A stretch of 64,000 nt of DNA from Eledone cirrhosa (taxonomy: Eukaryota), in the NCBI GenBank assembly GCA_964016885.1, contig OZ024744.1, positions 10,850,001-10,914,000 on the forward strand. Reading direction: 5' to 3'. The notes beneath the pieces are model-generated. The model worked only from the letters and a program-made list of their open reading frames with translations. It was not told where the DNA came from and ran no database searches. The translations under genes were made by a program, and so were the position numbers. This document shows, one piece after another, positions 31,105 to 44,900 of the stretch (positions within the stretch are counted from its first letter, which is position 1; every line of letters starts with the position of its first letter).

Positions 31105-32748
31105 TGTTGTACTCCAATATGTCCTGTTGTTGTACTCCAATATGTTGTGTTGTTATACTCCAATATTCCGTGTGGTTGTACTCCAATATGTCATGGTGTT
31201 GTAGTTCAATATGTCGTGTTGTTGTACTCCAATATGTTGTCTTGCTGTACTCCAATCTGTTCTATTGTTGTACTCCAATATATTGTGTTGTTGTACTCCA
31301 ATATATTGTGTTGTTGTACTCCAATATGTTGTGTTGTTGTACTCCAATATGCTGTGTTGTTGTACTCCAATATGTTGTGTTGTTGTACTCCAATATGTTG
31401 TGTTGTTGTACTCCAATATGTTGTGTTGTTATACTCCAATATGTTGTGTTGTCATACTCCAATATGTTGTGTTGTTGTACTCCAATATATCATGATGTTG
31501 TACTCCAATATGTCGTGTTCTTGTACTCCAATATGTCGTGTTGTCGTACTGCAATATGTTGTGTTGTTGTACTCCAATATGTTGTGCTGTTGTACTCCAA
31601 TATGTCGTGTTGTTTTACTCCAATATGTTGTTGTTATACTCCAATATGTTGTGCTGTTGTACTCCAATATTTCGTGTTGTTATACTCCAATACGTCGTGT
31701 TGTACTCCAATATGTTGTGTTGTTATACTCCAATATGTTATGTTGTTGTACTCCAATATGTCTTGTTGTTGTACTCCAATATGTTGTGTTGTTGTACCCC
31801 AATATGTTTTGATGTTGTACTGCAATATGTTGTGTTGTTGTACTCCAATATGTTGTGTAGTCGTACTCCAATATGGTGTGTTGTTGTACTCCAATATGCT
31901 GTGGTGTTATACTCCAATATGATGTGATGTTGTACTCCAATGCGTTGTGTTGTTGTACTCCAATTGATGTGTTGTTGTACTCCAATATGTTGTGCTGTTG
32001 TACTCCAATATTTTTTTTGTTTTTTTGTACTCCAATATGTTGTGTTGTTATACTCCAATATGTTGTGTTGTTATACTCCAATATGTTGTGCTGTTGTACT
32101 CCAAATCTCGTGTTGTTATACTCCAATGTGTTGTGTTGTTATACTCCAATATGGTGTGTTGTTGTACTCCAATATATTGTATTGTTTTCTCCAATATGTC
32201 ATGTTATACTCCAATATGGTGTGTTCGTGTACTTCAATATGTTGTGTTATTGTACTCCAATATTTTGCGTTGTTGTACTCCAATATGTTGTGTTGTTATA
32301 CTCCAATATGTCGTGTGGTTGTACTCCAATATGTCATGTTGTTGTACTCCAATATGTCTTGTTATAGTCCAATATGTCGTGTTGTTGTACTCCAATATAT
32401 CATGTAGTTGTACTCCAATATTTCGTGTTGTTGTACCCCAATATGTAGTGTTGTTTATACTCCAATATGTTTTGCTGTTGTACTCCAATATGTTGTGTTG
32501 CTGTACTCCTATATGTTGTGTTGTTATTCTTCAATATGTTGTGCGGTTGTACTCCAATGTGTTGTGTTGTTATACTCCAATATGTTGCGTTGATTTACTC
32601 CAATATGTTGTGTTGTTGTACTCCAATCTGTTGTGTTGTTATACTCCAATGTGTTGTGTTGTTATACTCCAATATGTTGTGTTGTTGTAGTCCAATATGT
32701 TGTGTTGTTGTACTACAATATGTTGTGTTGTCGTACTCCAATATGTGA
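31105..32748. repeat. Extra ~1.64-kb segment (internal duplication) in the first long HOR variant; breakpoints approximate
   Basis: Identical pseudo-ORFs at 30,764/32,408 and 30,823/32,467 are offset by 1,644 bp, which matches 6,231 - 4,588 = 1,643. Confidence 0.85.
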
Positions 32749-35700
32749 TGTTGTACTCCAATATGTCATGGTGTTGTAGTTCAATATGTCGTGTTGTTGT
32801 ACTCCAATATGTTGTCTTGCTGTACTCCAATCTGTTGTATTGTTGTACTCCAATATATTGTGTTGTTGTACTCCAATATATTGTGTTGTTGTACTCCAAT
32901 ATGTTGTGTTGTTGTACTCCAATATGATGTGTTGTTGTACTCCAATATGTTGTGTTGTTGTACTCCAATATGTTGTGTTGTTGTACTCCAATATCTTGTG
33001 TTGTTATACTCCAATATGTTGTGTTGTTATACTCCAATATGTTGTGTTGTTGTACTCCAATATGTTGTGCTGTTGTACTCCAATATGATGTGCTGTTGTA
33101 CTCCAATACGTTGTGTTGTTGTACTCCAATGTGTTGTGTTTTTGTACTCCAATATGTTGTGCCGTTGTACTCCAATATTTTTTTGCTTTTTGTACTCCAA
33201 AATGTTGTGTTGTTATACTCCAATATATTGTGTTGGTGTACTCCAATATGCTGTGCTGTTGTACTCCAAATCTCGTGTTGTTATACTCCAATGTGTTGTG
33301 TTGTTATACTCCAATATGGTGTGTTGTTGAACTCCAATATGTTGTATTGTTTTTCTCCAATATGTCATGTTATACTCCATTATGTTGTGTTCGTGTACTC
33401 CAATATGTTGTGTTATTGTACTCCAATATGTTGCGTTGTTGTACTCCAATATGTTGTGTTGTTATACTCCAATATGTTGTGTTGTTGTACTCCAATATGT
33501 CATGTTGTTGTACTCCAGTATGTCTTGTTATACTCCAATATGTCGTGTTGCTGTACTCCAATATGTCATGCTGTTGTACTCCAATATTTCGTGTCGTTGT
33601 ACTCCAATATGTCGTGCTTTTGTACTCCAATATGTTTTGCTGTTGTACTCCACTGTGTTGTGTTGTTGAACTCCAATATGTTGTGTTGTTGTTCTCCAAT
33701 ATTTTGTGATGTTGTACTCCAATGTGTTGTGTTGTTATACTCCAATATGTTGTGTTGTTGTACTCCAATATGTTGTCTTGTTGTACTCCAAAAGGCCATG
33801 TTATCGTACTCCAATATGTCGTGTGGCTATACTCCAATATATCATGTTGTTGTACTCCAATATGTCTTGTTATAGTCCAATATGTCGTGTTGTTGTACTC
33901 CAATATGTCATGTAGTTGTATTCCAATATTTCGTGTTGTTGTACCCCAATATGTCGTGTTGTTTATACTCCAATATGTTTTGCTGTTGTACTCCAATATG
34001 TTGTGTTGCTGTACTCCAATATGTTGTGTTGTTATTCTCCAATATGTTGTGCTGTTGTACTCCAATGTGTTATGTTGTTATACTCCAATATGTTGTGCTG
34101 TGCTTCTCCAATATATTGTGTTGTTGTACTCTAATGTGTTGTGTTGTTATACTCCAATATGTTGTGTTGATTTACTCCAATATGTTGTGTTGTTGTACTC
34201 CAATCTGTTGTGTTGTTATACTCCAATATGTTGTGTTGTTATACTCCAATATGTTGTGTTGTTTTACTCCAATATGTTGTGTTGTTGTACTCCAATATGT
34301 TGTGTTGTTGTACTCCAATATGTTGTGTTGTTGTAATCCAATATCTTGTGTTGTTATACTCCAATATGTTGTGTTGTTGTACTCCAATATGTTGTGTTGT
34401 GATACTCCAATATGTTGTGCTGTTGTACTCCAATATGTTGTGTTGTTATACTCCAATATGTTGTGTTGTTTTACTCCAATATGTTGTGTTGTTGTACTCT
34501 AATATATCATGTTGTCGTACTCCAATATGTCATGTTATACTCCAATATGTCGTTGTTATACTCCAATATGTCATGTTGTTGTACTCCAATATGTCGTATT
34601 GTTGTACTCCAATATGTTTTGATGTTGTACTCCAATATGGTGTGTTGTTGTACTCCAATATGTTGTGTAGTCGTACTCCAATATGTTGTATTGTTATACT
34701 CCAAAATGTTGTGCTGTTGTACTCCAATATGTTCTGTTGTTGTACTCCAATATATTATGTTGCTATACTCCAATATGTCGTGTTGTTGTACTCCAATATG
34801 TTGTGTTGTTGTACTCCAATATGTTGTGTTGTTGTACTCCAATATGTTGTGTTGTTATACTCCAATATGTTATGTTGTTGTACTCCAATATGTCATGTTG
34901 TTGTACTCCAATATGTTTTGCTGTTGTACTCCAATATGCTGTGTTGTTGTACTCCAATATGTTTTGATGTTGTACTCCAATATGTTGTGTTGTTGTACTC
35001 CAATATGTTGTGTAGTCGTACTCCAATATGTTGTGTTGTTGTACTCCAATATGTTTTGATGTTGTACTCCAATATGTTGTGATGTTGTACTCCAATATGA
35101 TGTGCTGTTGTACTCCAATGCGTTGTGTTGTTGTACTCCAATATGCTATGTTGTTATACTCCAATATGTTGTGTTGTTATACTCCAATATGTTGTGTTGG
35201 TGTAATCCAATATCTTGTGTTATTTTACTCCAATATGTTGTGTTGTTGTACTCCAATATGTTGTGTTGTTGTACTCCAATATGTTGTGTTGTTGTAATCC
35301 AATATCTTGTGTTGTTATACTCCAATATGTTGTGCTGTTGTACTCCAATATGTTGAGTTGTTATACTCCAATATGTAGTGTTGTTATACTCCAATATGTT
35401 GTGTTGTTGTACTCCAATATGTTGCGTTATACTCCAATATGTTGTGTTGTTATACTCCAATATGTTGTGTTGTTATACTCCAATATGTTGTGTTGTTTTA
35501 CTCCCATATGTTGTATTGTTGATCTCCAATATGTCATATTATACTCCAATAAGTTGTGTTCTTGTACTCCAATATGTTTTGTTGTTGTACTCCAATATGT
35601 TGCTTTGTTGTACTCCAATATATCATGTTGTCATACTCCAATATGTCATGTTATACTCCAATATGTTTTGATGCTGTACTCCAATATGTTGTGTTGTTGT

Positions 35701-37335
35701 ACTACAATATGTTGTGTTGTTGTACTCCAATATGTTGTGTTGTTATACTCCAATATGTTGTGCTGTTGTACTCCAATATGTTGTGTTGTTATACTCCAAT
35801 ATGTAGTGTTGTTATACTCCAATATGTTGTGTTGTTGTACTCCAATCTGTTGTGTTGTTATACTCCAATATATTGTGTTGTTATACTCCAATATGTTGTG
35901 TTGTTGTACTCCAATATGTTGTATTGTTGTTCTCCAATATGTCATGTTATACTCCAATAAGTTGTGTTCTTGTACTCCAATATGTTGTGTTGTTTTACTC
36001 CAATATGTTGTGTTGTTGTACTCCAATATATCATGTTGTCGTACTCCAATATATCATGATGTTGTACTCCAATATGTCGTGTTCTTGTACTCCAATATGT
36101 CATGTTGTCGTACTGCAATATGTTGTGTTGTTGTACTCCAATATGTTGTGCTGTTGTACTCCAATATGTCGTGTTGTTTTACTCCAATATGTTGTGTTGT
36201 TATACTCCAATATGTTGTGCTGTTGTACTCCAATATTTCGTGTTGTTATACTCCAATACGTCGTGTTGTACTCCAATATGTTGTGTTGTTATACTCCAAT
36301 ATGTTATGTTGTTGTACTCCAATATGTCTTGTTGTTGTACTCCAATATGTTTTGATGTTGTACTCCAATATGTTGTGTTGTTGTACCCCAATATGTTTTG
36401 ATGTTGTACTCCAATATGTTGTGTTGTTGTACTCCAATATGTTGTGTAGTCGTACTCCAATATGATATGTTGTTGTACTCCAATATGCTGTGGTGTTATA
36501 CTCCAATATGATGTGATGTTGTACTCCAATGCGTTGTGTTTTTGTACTCCAATTGATGTGTTATTGTACTCCAATATGTTGTGCTGTTGTACTCCAATAT
36601 TTTTTTGTTTTTTGTACTCCAATATGTTGTGTTGTTATACTCCAATATGTTGTGTTGTTATACTCCAATATGTTGTGCTGTTGTACTCCAAATCTCGTGT
36701 TGTTATACTCCAATGTGTTGTGTTGTTATACTCCAATATGGTGTGTTGTTGTACTCCAATATATTGTATTGTTTTCTCCAATATGTCATGTTATACTCCA
36801 ATATGGTGTGTTCGTGTACTTCAATATGTTGTGTTATTGTACTCCAATATTTTGCGTTGTTGTACTCCAATATGTTGTGTTGTTATACTCCAATATGTCG
36901 TGTGGTTGTACTCCAATATGTCATGTTGTTGTACTCCAATATGTCTTGTTATAGTCCAATATGTCGTGTTGTTGTACTCCAATATATCATGTAGTTGTAC
37001 TCCAATATTTCGTGTTGTTGTACCCCAATATGTAGTGTTGTTTATACTCCAATATGTTTTGCTGTTGTACTCCAATATGTTGTGTTGCTGTACTCCTATA
37101 TGTTGTGTTGTTATTCTTCAATATGTTGTGCGGTTGTACTCCAATGTGTTGTGTTGTTATACTCCAATATGTTGCGTTGATTTACTCCAATATGTTGTGC
37201 TGTTGTACTCCAATCTGTTGTGTTGTTATACTCCAATGTGTTGTGTTGTTATACTCCAATATGTTGTGTTGTTGTAGTCCAATATGTTGTGTTGTTGTAC
37301 TCCAATATGTTGTGTTGTCGTACTCCAATATGTGA

Positions 37336-38979
37336 TGTTGTACTCCAATATGTCCTGTTGTTGTACTCCAATATGTTGTGTTGTTATACTCCAATATTCC
37401 GTGTGGTTGTACTCCAATATGTCATGGTGTTGTAGTTCAATATGTCGTGTTGTTGTACTCCAATATGTTGTCTTGCTGTACTCCAATCTGTTCTATTGTT
37501 GTACTCCAATATATTGTGTTGTTGTACTCCAATATATTGTGTTGTTGTACTCCAATATGTTGTGTTGTTGTACTCCAATATGCTGTGTTGTTGTACTCCA
37601 ATATGTTGTGTTGTTGTACTCCAATATGTTGTGTTGTTGTACTCCAATATGTTGTGTTGTTATACTCCAATATGTTGTGTTGTCATACTCCAATATGTTG
37701 TGTTGTTGTACTCCAATATATCATGATGTTGTACTCCAATATGTCGTGTTCTTGTACTCCAATATGTCGTGTTGTCGTACTGCAATATGTTGTGTTGTTG
37801 TACTCCAATATGTTGTGCTGTTGTACTCCAATATGTCGTGTTGTTTTACTCCAATATGTTGTTGTTATACTCCAATATGTTGTGCTGTTGTACTCCAATA
37901 TTTCGTGTTGTTATACTCCAATACGTCGTGTTGTACTCCAATATGTTGTGTTGTTATACTCCAATATGTTATGTTGTTGTACTCCAATATGTCTTGTTGT
38001 TGTACTCCAATATGTTGTGTTGTTGTACCCCAATATGTTTTGATGTTGTACTGCAATATGTTGTGTTGTTGTACTCCAATATGTTGTGTAGTCGTACTCC
38101 AATATGGTGTGTTGTTGTACTCCAATATGCTGTGGTGTTATACTCCAATATGATGTGATGTTGTACTCCAATGCGTTGTGTTGTTGTACTCCAATTGATG
38201 TGTTGTTGTACTCCAATATGTTGTGCTGTTGTACTCCAATATTTTTTTTGTTTTTTTGTACTCCAATATGTTGTGTTGTTATACTCCAATATGTTGTGTT
38301 GTTATACTCCAATATGTTGTGCTGTTGTACTCCAAATCTCGTGTTGTTATACTCCAATGTGTTGTGTTGTTATACTCCAATATGGTGTGTTGTTGTACTC
38401 CAATATATTGTATTGTTTTCTCCAATATGTCATGTTATACTCCAATATGGTGTGTTCGTGTACTTCAATATGTTGTGTTATTGTACTCCAATATTTTGCG
38501 TTGTTGTACTCCAATATGTTGTGTTGTTATACTCCAATATGTCGTGTGGTTGTACTCCAATATGTCATGTTGTTGTACTCCAATATGTCTTGTTATAGTC
38601 CAATATGTCGTGTTGTTGTACTCCAATATATCATGTAGTTGTACTCCAATATTTCGTGTTGTTGTACCCCAATATGTAGTGTTGTTTATACTCCAATATG
38701 TTTTGCTGTTGTACTCCAATATGTTGTGTTGCTGTACTCCTATATGTTGTGTTGTTATTCTTCAATATGTTGTGCGGTTGTACTCCAATGTGTTGTGTTG
38801 TTATACTCCAATATGTTGCGTTGATTTACTCCAATATGTTGTGTTGTTGTACTCCAATCTGTTGTGTTGTTATACTCCAATGTGTTGTGTTGTTATACTC
38901 CAATATGTTGTGTTGTTGTAGTCCAATATGTTGTGTTGTTGTACTACAATATGTTGTGTTGTCGTACTCCAATATGTGA
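37336..38979. repeat. Extra ~1.64-kb segment (internal duplication) in the second long HOR variant; breakpoints approximate
   Basis: Identical pseudo-ORFs at 36,995/38,639 and 37,054/38,698 are offset by 1,644 bp. The segment lies 6,231 bp downstream of the first copy. Confidence 0.85.
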
Positions 38980-41900
38980 TGTTGTACTCCAATATGTCAT
39001 GGTGTTGTAGTTCAATATGTCGTGTTGTTGTACTCCAATATGTTGTCTTGCTGTACTCCAATCTGTTGTATTGTTGTACTCCAATATATTGTGTTGTTGT
39101 ACTCCAATATATTGTGTTGTTGTACTCCAATATGTTGTGTTGTTGTACTCCAATATGATGTGTTGTTGTACTCCAATATGTTGTGTTGTTGTACTCCAAT
39201 ATGTTGTGTTGTTGTACTCCAATATCTTGTGTTGTTATACTCCAATATGTTGTGTTGTTATACTCCAATATGTTGTGTTGTTGTACTCCAATATGTTGTG
39301 CTGTTGTACTCCAATATGATGTGCTGTTGTACTCCAATACGTTGTGTTGTTGTACTCCAATGTGTTGTGTTTTTGTACTCCAATATGTTGTGCCGTTGTA
39401 CTCCAATATTTTTTTGCTTTTTGTACTCCAAAATGTTGTGTTGTTATACTCCAATATATTGTGTTGGTGTACTCCAATATGCTGTGCTGTTGTACTCCAA
39501 ATCTCGTGTTGTTATACTCCAATGTGTTGTGTTGTTATACTCCAATATGGTGTGTTGTTGAACTCCAATATGTTGTATTGTTTTTCTCCAATATGTCATG
39601 TTATACTCCATTATGTTGTGTTCGTGTACTCCAATATGTTGTGTTATTGTACTCCAATATGTTGCGTTGTTGTACTCCAATATGTTGTGTTGTTATACTC
39701 CAATATGTTGTGTTGTTGTACTCCAATATGTCATGTTGTTGTACTCCAGTATGTCTTGTTATACTCCAATATGTCGTGTTGCTGTACTCCAATATGTCAT
39801 GCTGTTGTACTCCAATATTTCGTGTCGTTGTACTCCAATATGTCGTGCTTTTGTACTCCAATATGTTTTGCTGTTGTACTCCACTGTGTTGTGTTGTTGA
39901 ACTCCAATATGTTGTGTTGTTGTTCTCCAATATTTTGTGATGTTGTACTCCAATGTGTTGTGTTGTTATACTCCAATATGTTGTGTTGTTGTACTCCAAT
40001 ATGTTGTCTTGTTGTACTCCAAAAGGCCATGTTATCGTACTCCAATATGTCGTGTGGCTATACTCCAATATATCATGTTGTTGTACTCCAATATGTCTTG
40101 TTATAGTCCAATATGTCGTGTTGTTGTACTCCAATATGTCATGTAGTTGTATTCCAATATTTCGTGTTGTTGTACCCCAATATGTCGTGTTGTTTATACT
40201 CCAATATGTTTTGCTGTTGTACTCCAATATGTTGTGTTGCTGTACTCCAATATGTTGTGTTGTTATTCTCCAATATGTTGTGCTGTTGTACTCCAATGTG
40301 TTATGTTGTTATACTCCAATATGTTGTGCTGTGCTTCTCCAATATATTGTGTTGTTGTACTCTAATGTGTTGTGTTGTTATACTCCAATATGTTGTGTTG
40401 ATTTACTCCAATATGTTGTGTTGTTGTACTCCAATCTGTTGTGTTGTTATACTCCAATATGTTGTGTTGTTATACTCCAATATGTTGTGTTGTTTTACTC
40501 CAATATGTTGTGTTGTTGTACTCCAATATGTTGTGTTGTTGTACTCCAATATGTTGTGTTGTTGTAATCCAATATCTTGTGTTGTTATACTCCAATATGT
40601 TGTGTTGTTGTACTCCAATATGTTGTGTTGTGATACTCCAATATGTTGTGCTGTTGTACTCCAATATGTTGTGTTGTTATACTCCAATATGTTGTGTTGT
40701 TTTACTCCAATATGTTGTGTTGTTGTACTCTAATATATCATGTTGTCGTACTCCAATATGTCATGTTATACTCCAATATGTCGTTGTTATACTCCAATAT
40801 GTCATGTTGTTGTACTCCAATATGTCGTATTGTTGTACTCCAATATGTTTTGATGTTGTACTCCAATATGTTGTGTTGTTGTACTCCAATATGTTGTGTA
40901 GTCGTACTCCAATATGTTGTATTGTTATACTCCAAAATGTTGTGCTGTTGTACTCCAATATGTTCTGTTGTTGTACTCCAATATATTATGTTGCTATACT
41001 CCAATATGTCGTGTTGTTGTACTCCAATATGTTGTGTTGTTGTACTCCAATATGTTGTGTTGTTGTACTCCAATATGTTGTGTTGTTATACTCCAATATG
41101 TTATGTTGTTGTACTCCAATATGTCATGTTGTTGTACTCCAATATGTTTTGCTGTTGTACTCCAATATGCTGTGTTGTTGTACTCCAATATGTTTTGATG
41201 TTGTACTCCAATATGTTGTGTTGTTGTACTCCAATATGTTGTGTAGTCGTACTCCAATATGTTGTGTTGTTGTACTCCAATATGTTTTGATGTTGTACTC
41301 CAATATGTTGTGATGTTGTACTCCAATATGATGTGCTGTTGTACTCCAATGCGTTGTGTTGTTGTACTCCAATATGCTATGTTGTTATACTCCAATATGT
41401 TGTGTTGTTATACTCCAATATGTTGTGTTGGTGTAATCCAATATCTTGTGTTATTTTACTCCAATATGTTGTGTTGTTGTACTCCAATATGTTGTGTTGT
41501 TGTACTCCAATATGTTGTGTTGTTGTAATCCAATATCTTGTGTTGTTATACTCCAATATGTTGTGCTGTTGTACTCCAATATGTTGAGTTGTTATACTCC
41601 AATATGTAGTGTTGTTATACTCCAATATGTTGTGTTGTTGTACTCCAATATGTTGCGTTATACTCCAATATGTTGTGTTGTTATACTCCAATATGTTGTG
41701 TTGTTATACTCCAATATGTTGTGTTGTTTTACTCCCATATGTTGTATTGTTGATCTCCAATATGTCATATTATACTCCAATAAGTTGTGTTCTTGTACTC
41801 CAATATGTTTTGTTGTTGTACTCCAATATGTTGCTTTGTTGTACTCCAATATATCATGTTGTCATACTCCAATATGTCATGTTATACTCCAATATGTTTT

Positions 41901-44900
41901 GATGCTGTACTCCAATATGTTGTGTTGTTGTACTACAATATGTTGTGTTGTTGTACTCCAATATGTTGTGTTGTTATACTCCAATATGTTGTGCTGTTGT
42001 ACTCCAATATGTTGTGTTGTTATACTCCAATATGTAGTGTTGTTATACTCCAATATGTTGTGTTGTTGTACTCCAATCTGTTGTGTTGTTATACTCCAAT
42101 ATATTGTGTTGTTATACTCCAATATGTTGTGTTGTTGTACTCCAATATGTTGTATTGTTGTTCTCCAATATGTCATGTTATACTCCAATAAGTTGTGTTC
42201 TTGTACTCCAATATGTTGTGTTGTTTTACTCCAATATGTTGTGTTGTTGTACTCCAATATATCATGTTGTCGTACTCCAATATATCATGATGTTGTACTC
42301 CAATATGTCGTGTTCTTGTACTCCAATATGTCATGTTGTCGTACTGCAATATGTTGTGTTGTTGTACTCCAATATGTTGTGCTGTTGTACTCCAATATGT
42401 TGTGTTGTTTTACTCCAATATGTTGTGTTGTTATACTCCAATATGTTGTGCTGTTGTACTCCAATATTTCGTGTTGTTATACTCCAATACGTCGTGTTGT
42501 ACTCCAATATGTTGTGTTGTTATACTCCAATATGTTATGTTGTTGTACTCCAATATGTCTTGTTGTTGTACTCCAATATGTTTTGATGTTGTACTCCAAT
42601 ATGTTGTGTTGTTGTACCCCAATATGTTTTGATGTTGTACTCCAATATGTTGTGTTGTTGTACTCCAATATGTTGTGTAGTCGTACTCCAATATGATATG
42701 TTGTTGTACTCCAATATGCTGTGGTGTTATACTCCAATATGATGTGATGTTGTACTCCAATGCGTTGTGTTTTTGTACTCCAATTGATGTGTTATTGTAC
42801 TCCAATATGTTGTGCTGTTGTACTCCAATATTTTTTTGTTTTTTGTACTCCAATATGTTGTGTTGTTATACTCCAATATGTTGTGTTGTTATACTCCAAT
42901 ATGTTGTGCTGTTGTACTCCAAATCTCGTGTTGTTATACTCCAATGTGTTGTGTTGTTATACTCCAATATGGTGTGTTGTTGTACTCCAATATATTGTAT
43001 TGTTTTCTCCAATATGTCATGTTATACTCCAATATGGTGTGTTCGTGTACTTCAATATGTTGTGTTATTGTACTCCAATATTTTGCGTTGTTGTACTCCA
43101 ATATGTTGTGTTGTTATACTCCAATATGTCGTGTGGTTGTACTCCAATATGTCATGTTGTTGTACTCCAATATGTCTTGTTATAGTCCAATATGTCGTGT
43201 TGTTGTACTCCAATATATCATGTAGTTGTACTCCAATATTTCGTGTTGTTGTACCCCAATATGTAGTGTTGTTTATACTCCAATATGTTTTGCTGTTGTA
43301 CTCCAATATGTTGTGTTGCTGTACTCCTATATGCTGTGTTGTTATTCTTCAATATGTTGTGCGGTTGTACTCCAATGTGTTGTGTTGTTATACTCCAATA
43401 TGTTGCGTTGATTTACTCCAATATGTTGTGTTGTTGTACTCCAATCTGTTGTGTTGTTATACTCCAATGTGTTGTGTTGTTATACTCCAATATGTTGTGT
43501 TGTTGTAGTCCAATATGTTGTGTTGTTGTACTCCAATATGTTGTGTTGTCGTACTCCAATATGTGATGTTGTACTCCAATATGTCATGGTGTTGTAGTTC
43601 AATATGTCGTGTTGTTGTACTCCAATATGTTGTCTTGCTGTACTCCAATCTGTTGTATTGTTGTACTCCAATATATTGTGTTGTTGTACTCCAATATATT
43701 GTGTTGTTGTACTCCAATATGTTGTGTTGTTGTACTCCAATATGATGTGTTGTTGTACTCCAATATGTTGTGTTGTTGTACTCCAATATGTTGTGTTGTT
43801 GTACTCCAATATCTTGTGTTGTTATACTCCAATATGTTGTGTTGTTATACTCCAATATGTTGTGTTGTTGTACTCCAATATGTTGTGCTGTTGTACTCCA
43901 ATATGATGTGCTGTTGTACTCCAATACGTTGTGTTGTTGTACTCCAATATGTTGTGTTGTTGTACTCCAATATGTTGTGCCGTTGTACTCCAATATTTTT
44001 TTTGCTTTTTGTACTCCAAAATGTTGTGTTGTTATACTCCAATATATTGTGTTGGTGTACTCCAATATGCTGTGCTGTTGTACTCCAAATCTCGTGTTGT
44101 TATACTCCAATGTGTTGTGTTGTTATACTCCAATATGGTGTGTTGTTGAACTCCAATATGTTGTATTGTTTTTCTCCAATATGTCATGTTATACTCCATT
44201 ATGTTGTGTTCGTGTACTCCAATATGTTGTGTTATTGTACTCCAATATGTTGCGTTGTTGTACTCCAATATGTTGTGTTGTTATACTCCAATATGTTGTG
44301 TTGTTGTACTCCAATATGTCATGTTGTTGTACTCCAGTATGTCTTGTTATACTCCAATATGTCGTGTTGCTGTACTCCAATATGTCATGCTGTTGTACTC
44401 CAATATTTCGTGTCGTTGTACTCCAATATGTCGTGCTTTTGTGCTCCAATATGTTTTGCTGTTGTACTCCACTGTGTTGTGTTGTTGAACTCCAATATGT
44501 TGTGTTGTTGTTCTCCAATATTTTGTGATGTTGTACTCCAATGTGTTGTGTTGTTATACTCCAATATGTTGTGTTGTTGTACTCCAATATGTTGTCTTGT
44601 TGTACTCCAAAAGGCCATGTTATCGTACTCCAATATGTCGTGTGGCTATACTCCAATATATCATGTTGTTGTACTCCAATATGTCTTGTTATAGTCCAAT
44701 ATGTCGTGTTGTTGTACTCCAATATGTCATGTAGTTGTATTCCAATATTTCGTGTTGTTGTACCCCAATATGTCGTGTTGTTTATATTCCAATATGTTTT
44801 GCTGTTGTACTCCAATATGTTGTGTTGCTGTACTCCAATATGTTGTGTTGTTATTCTCCAATATGTTGTGTTGTTGTACTCCAATGTGTTATGTTGTTAT

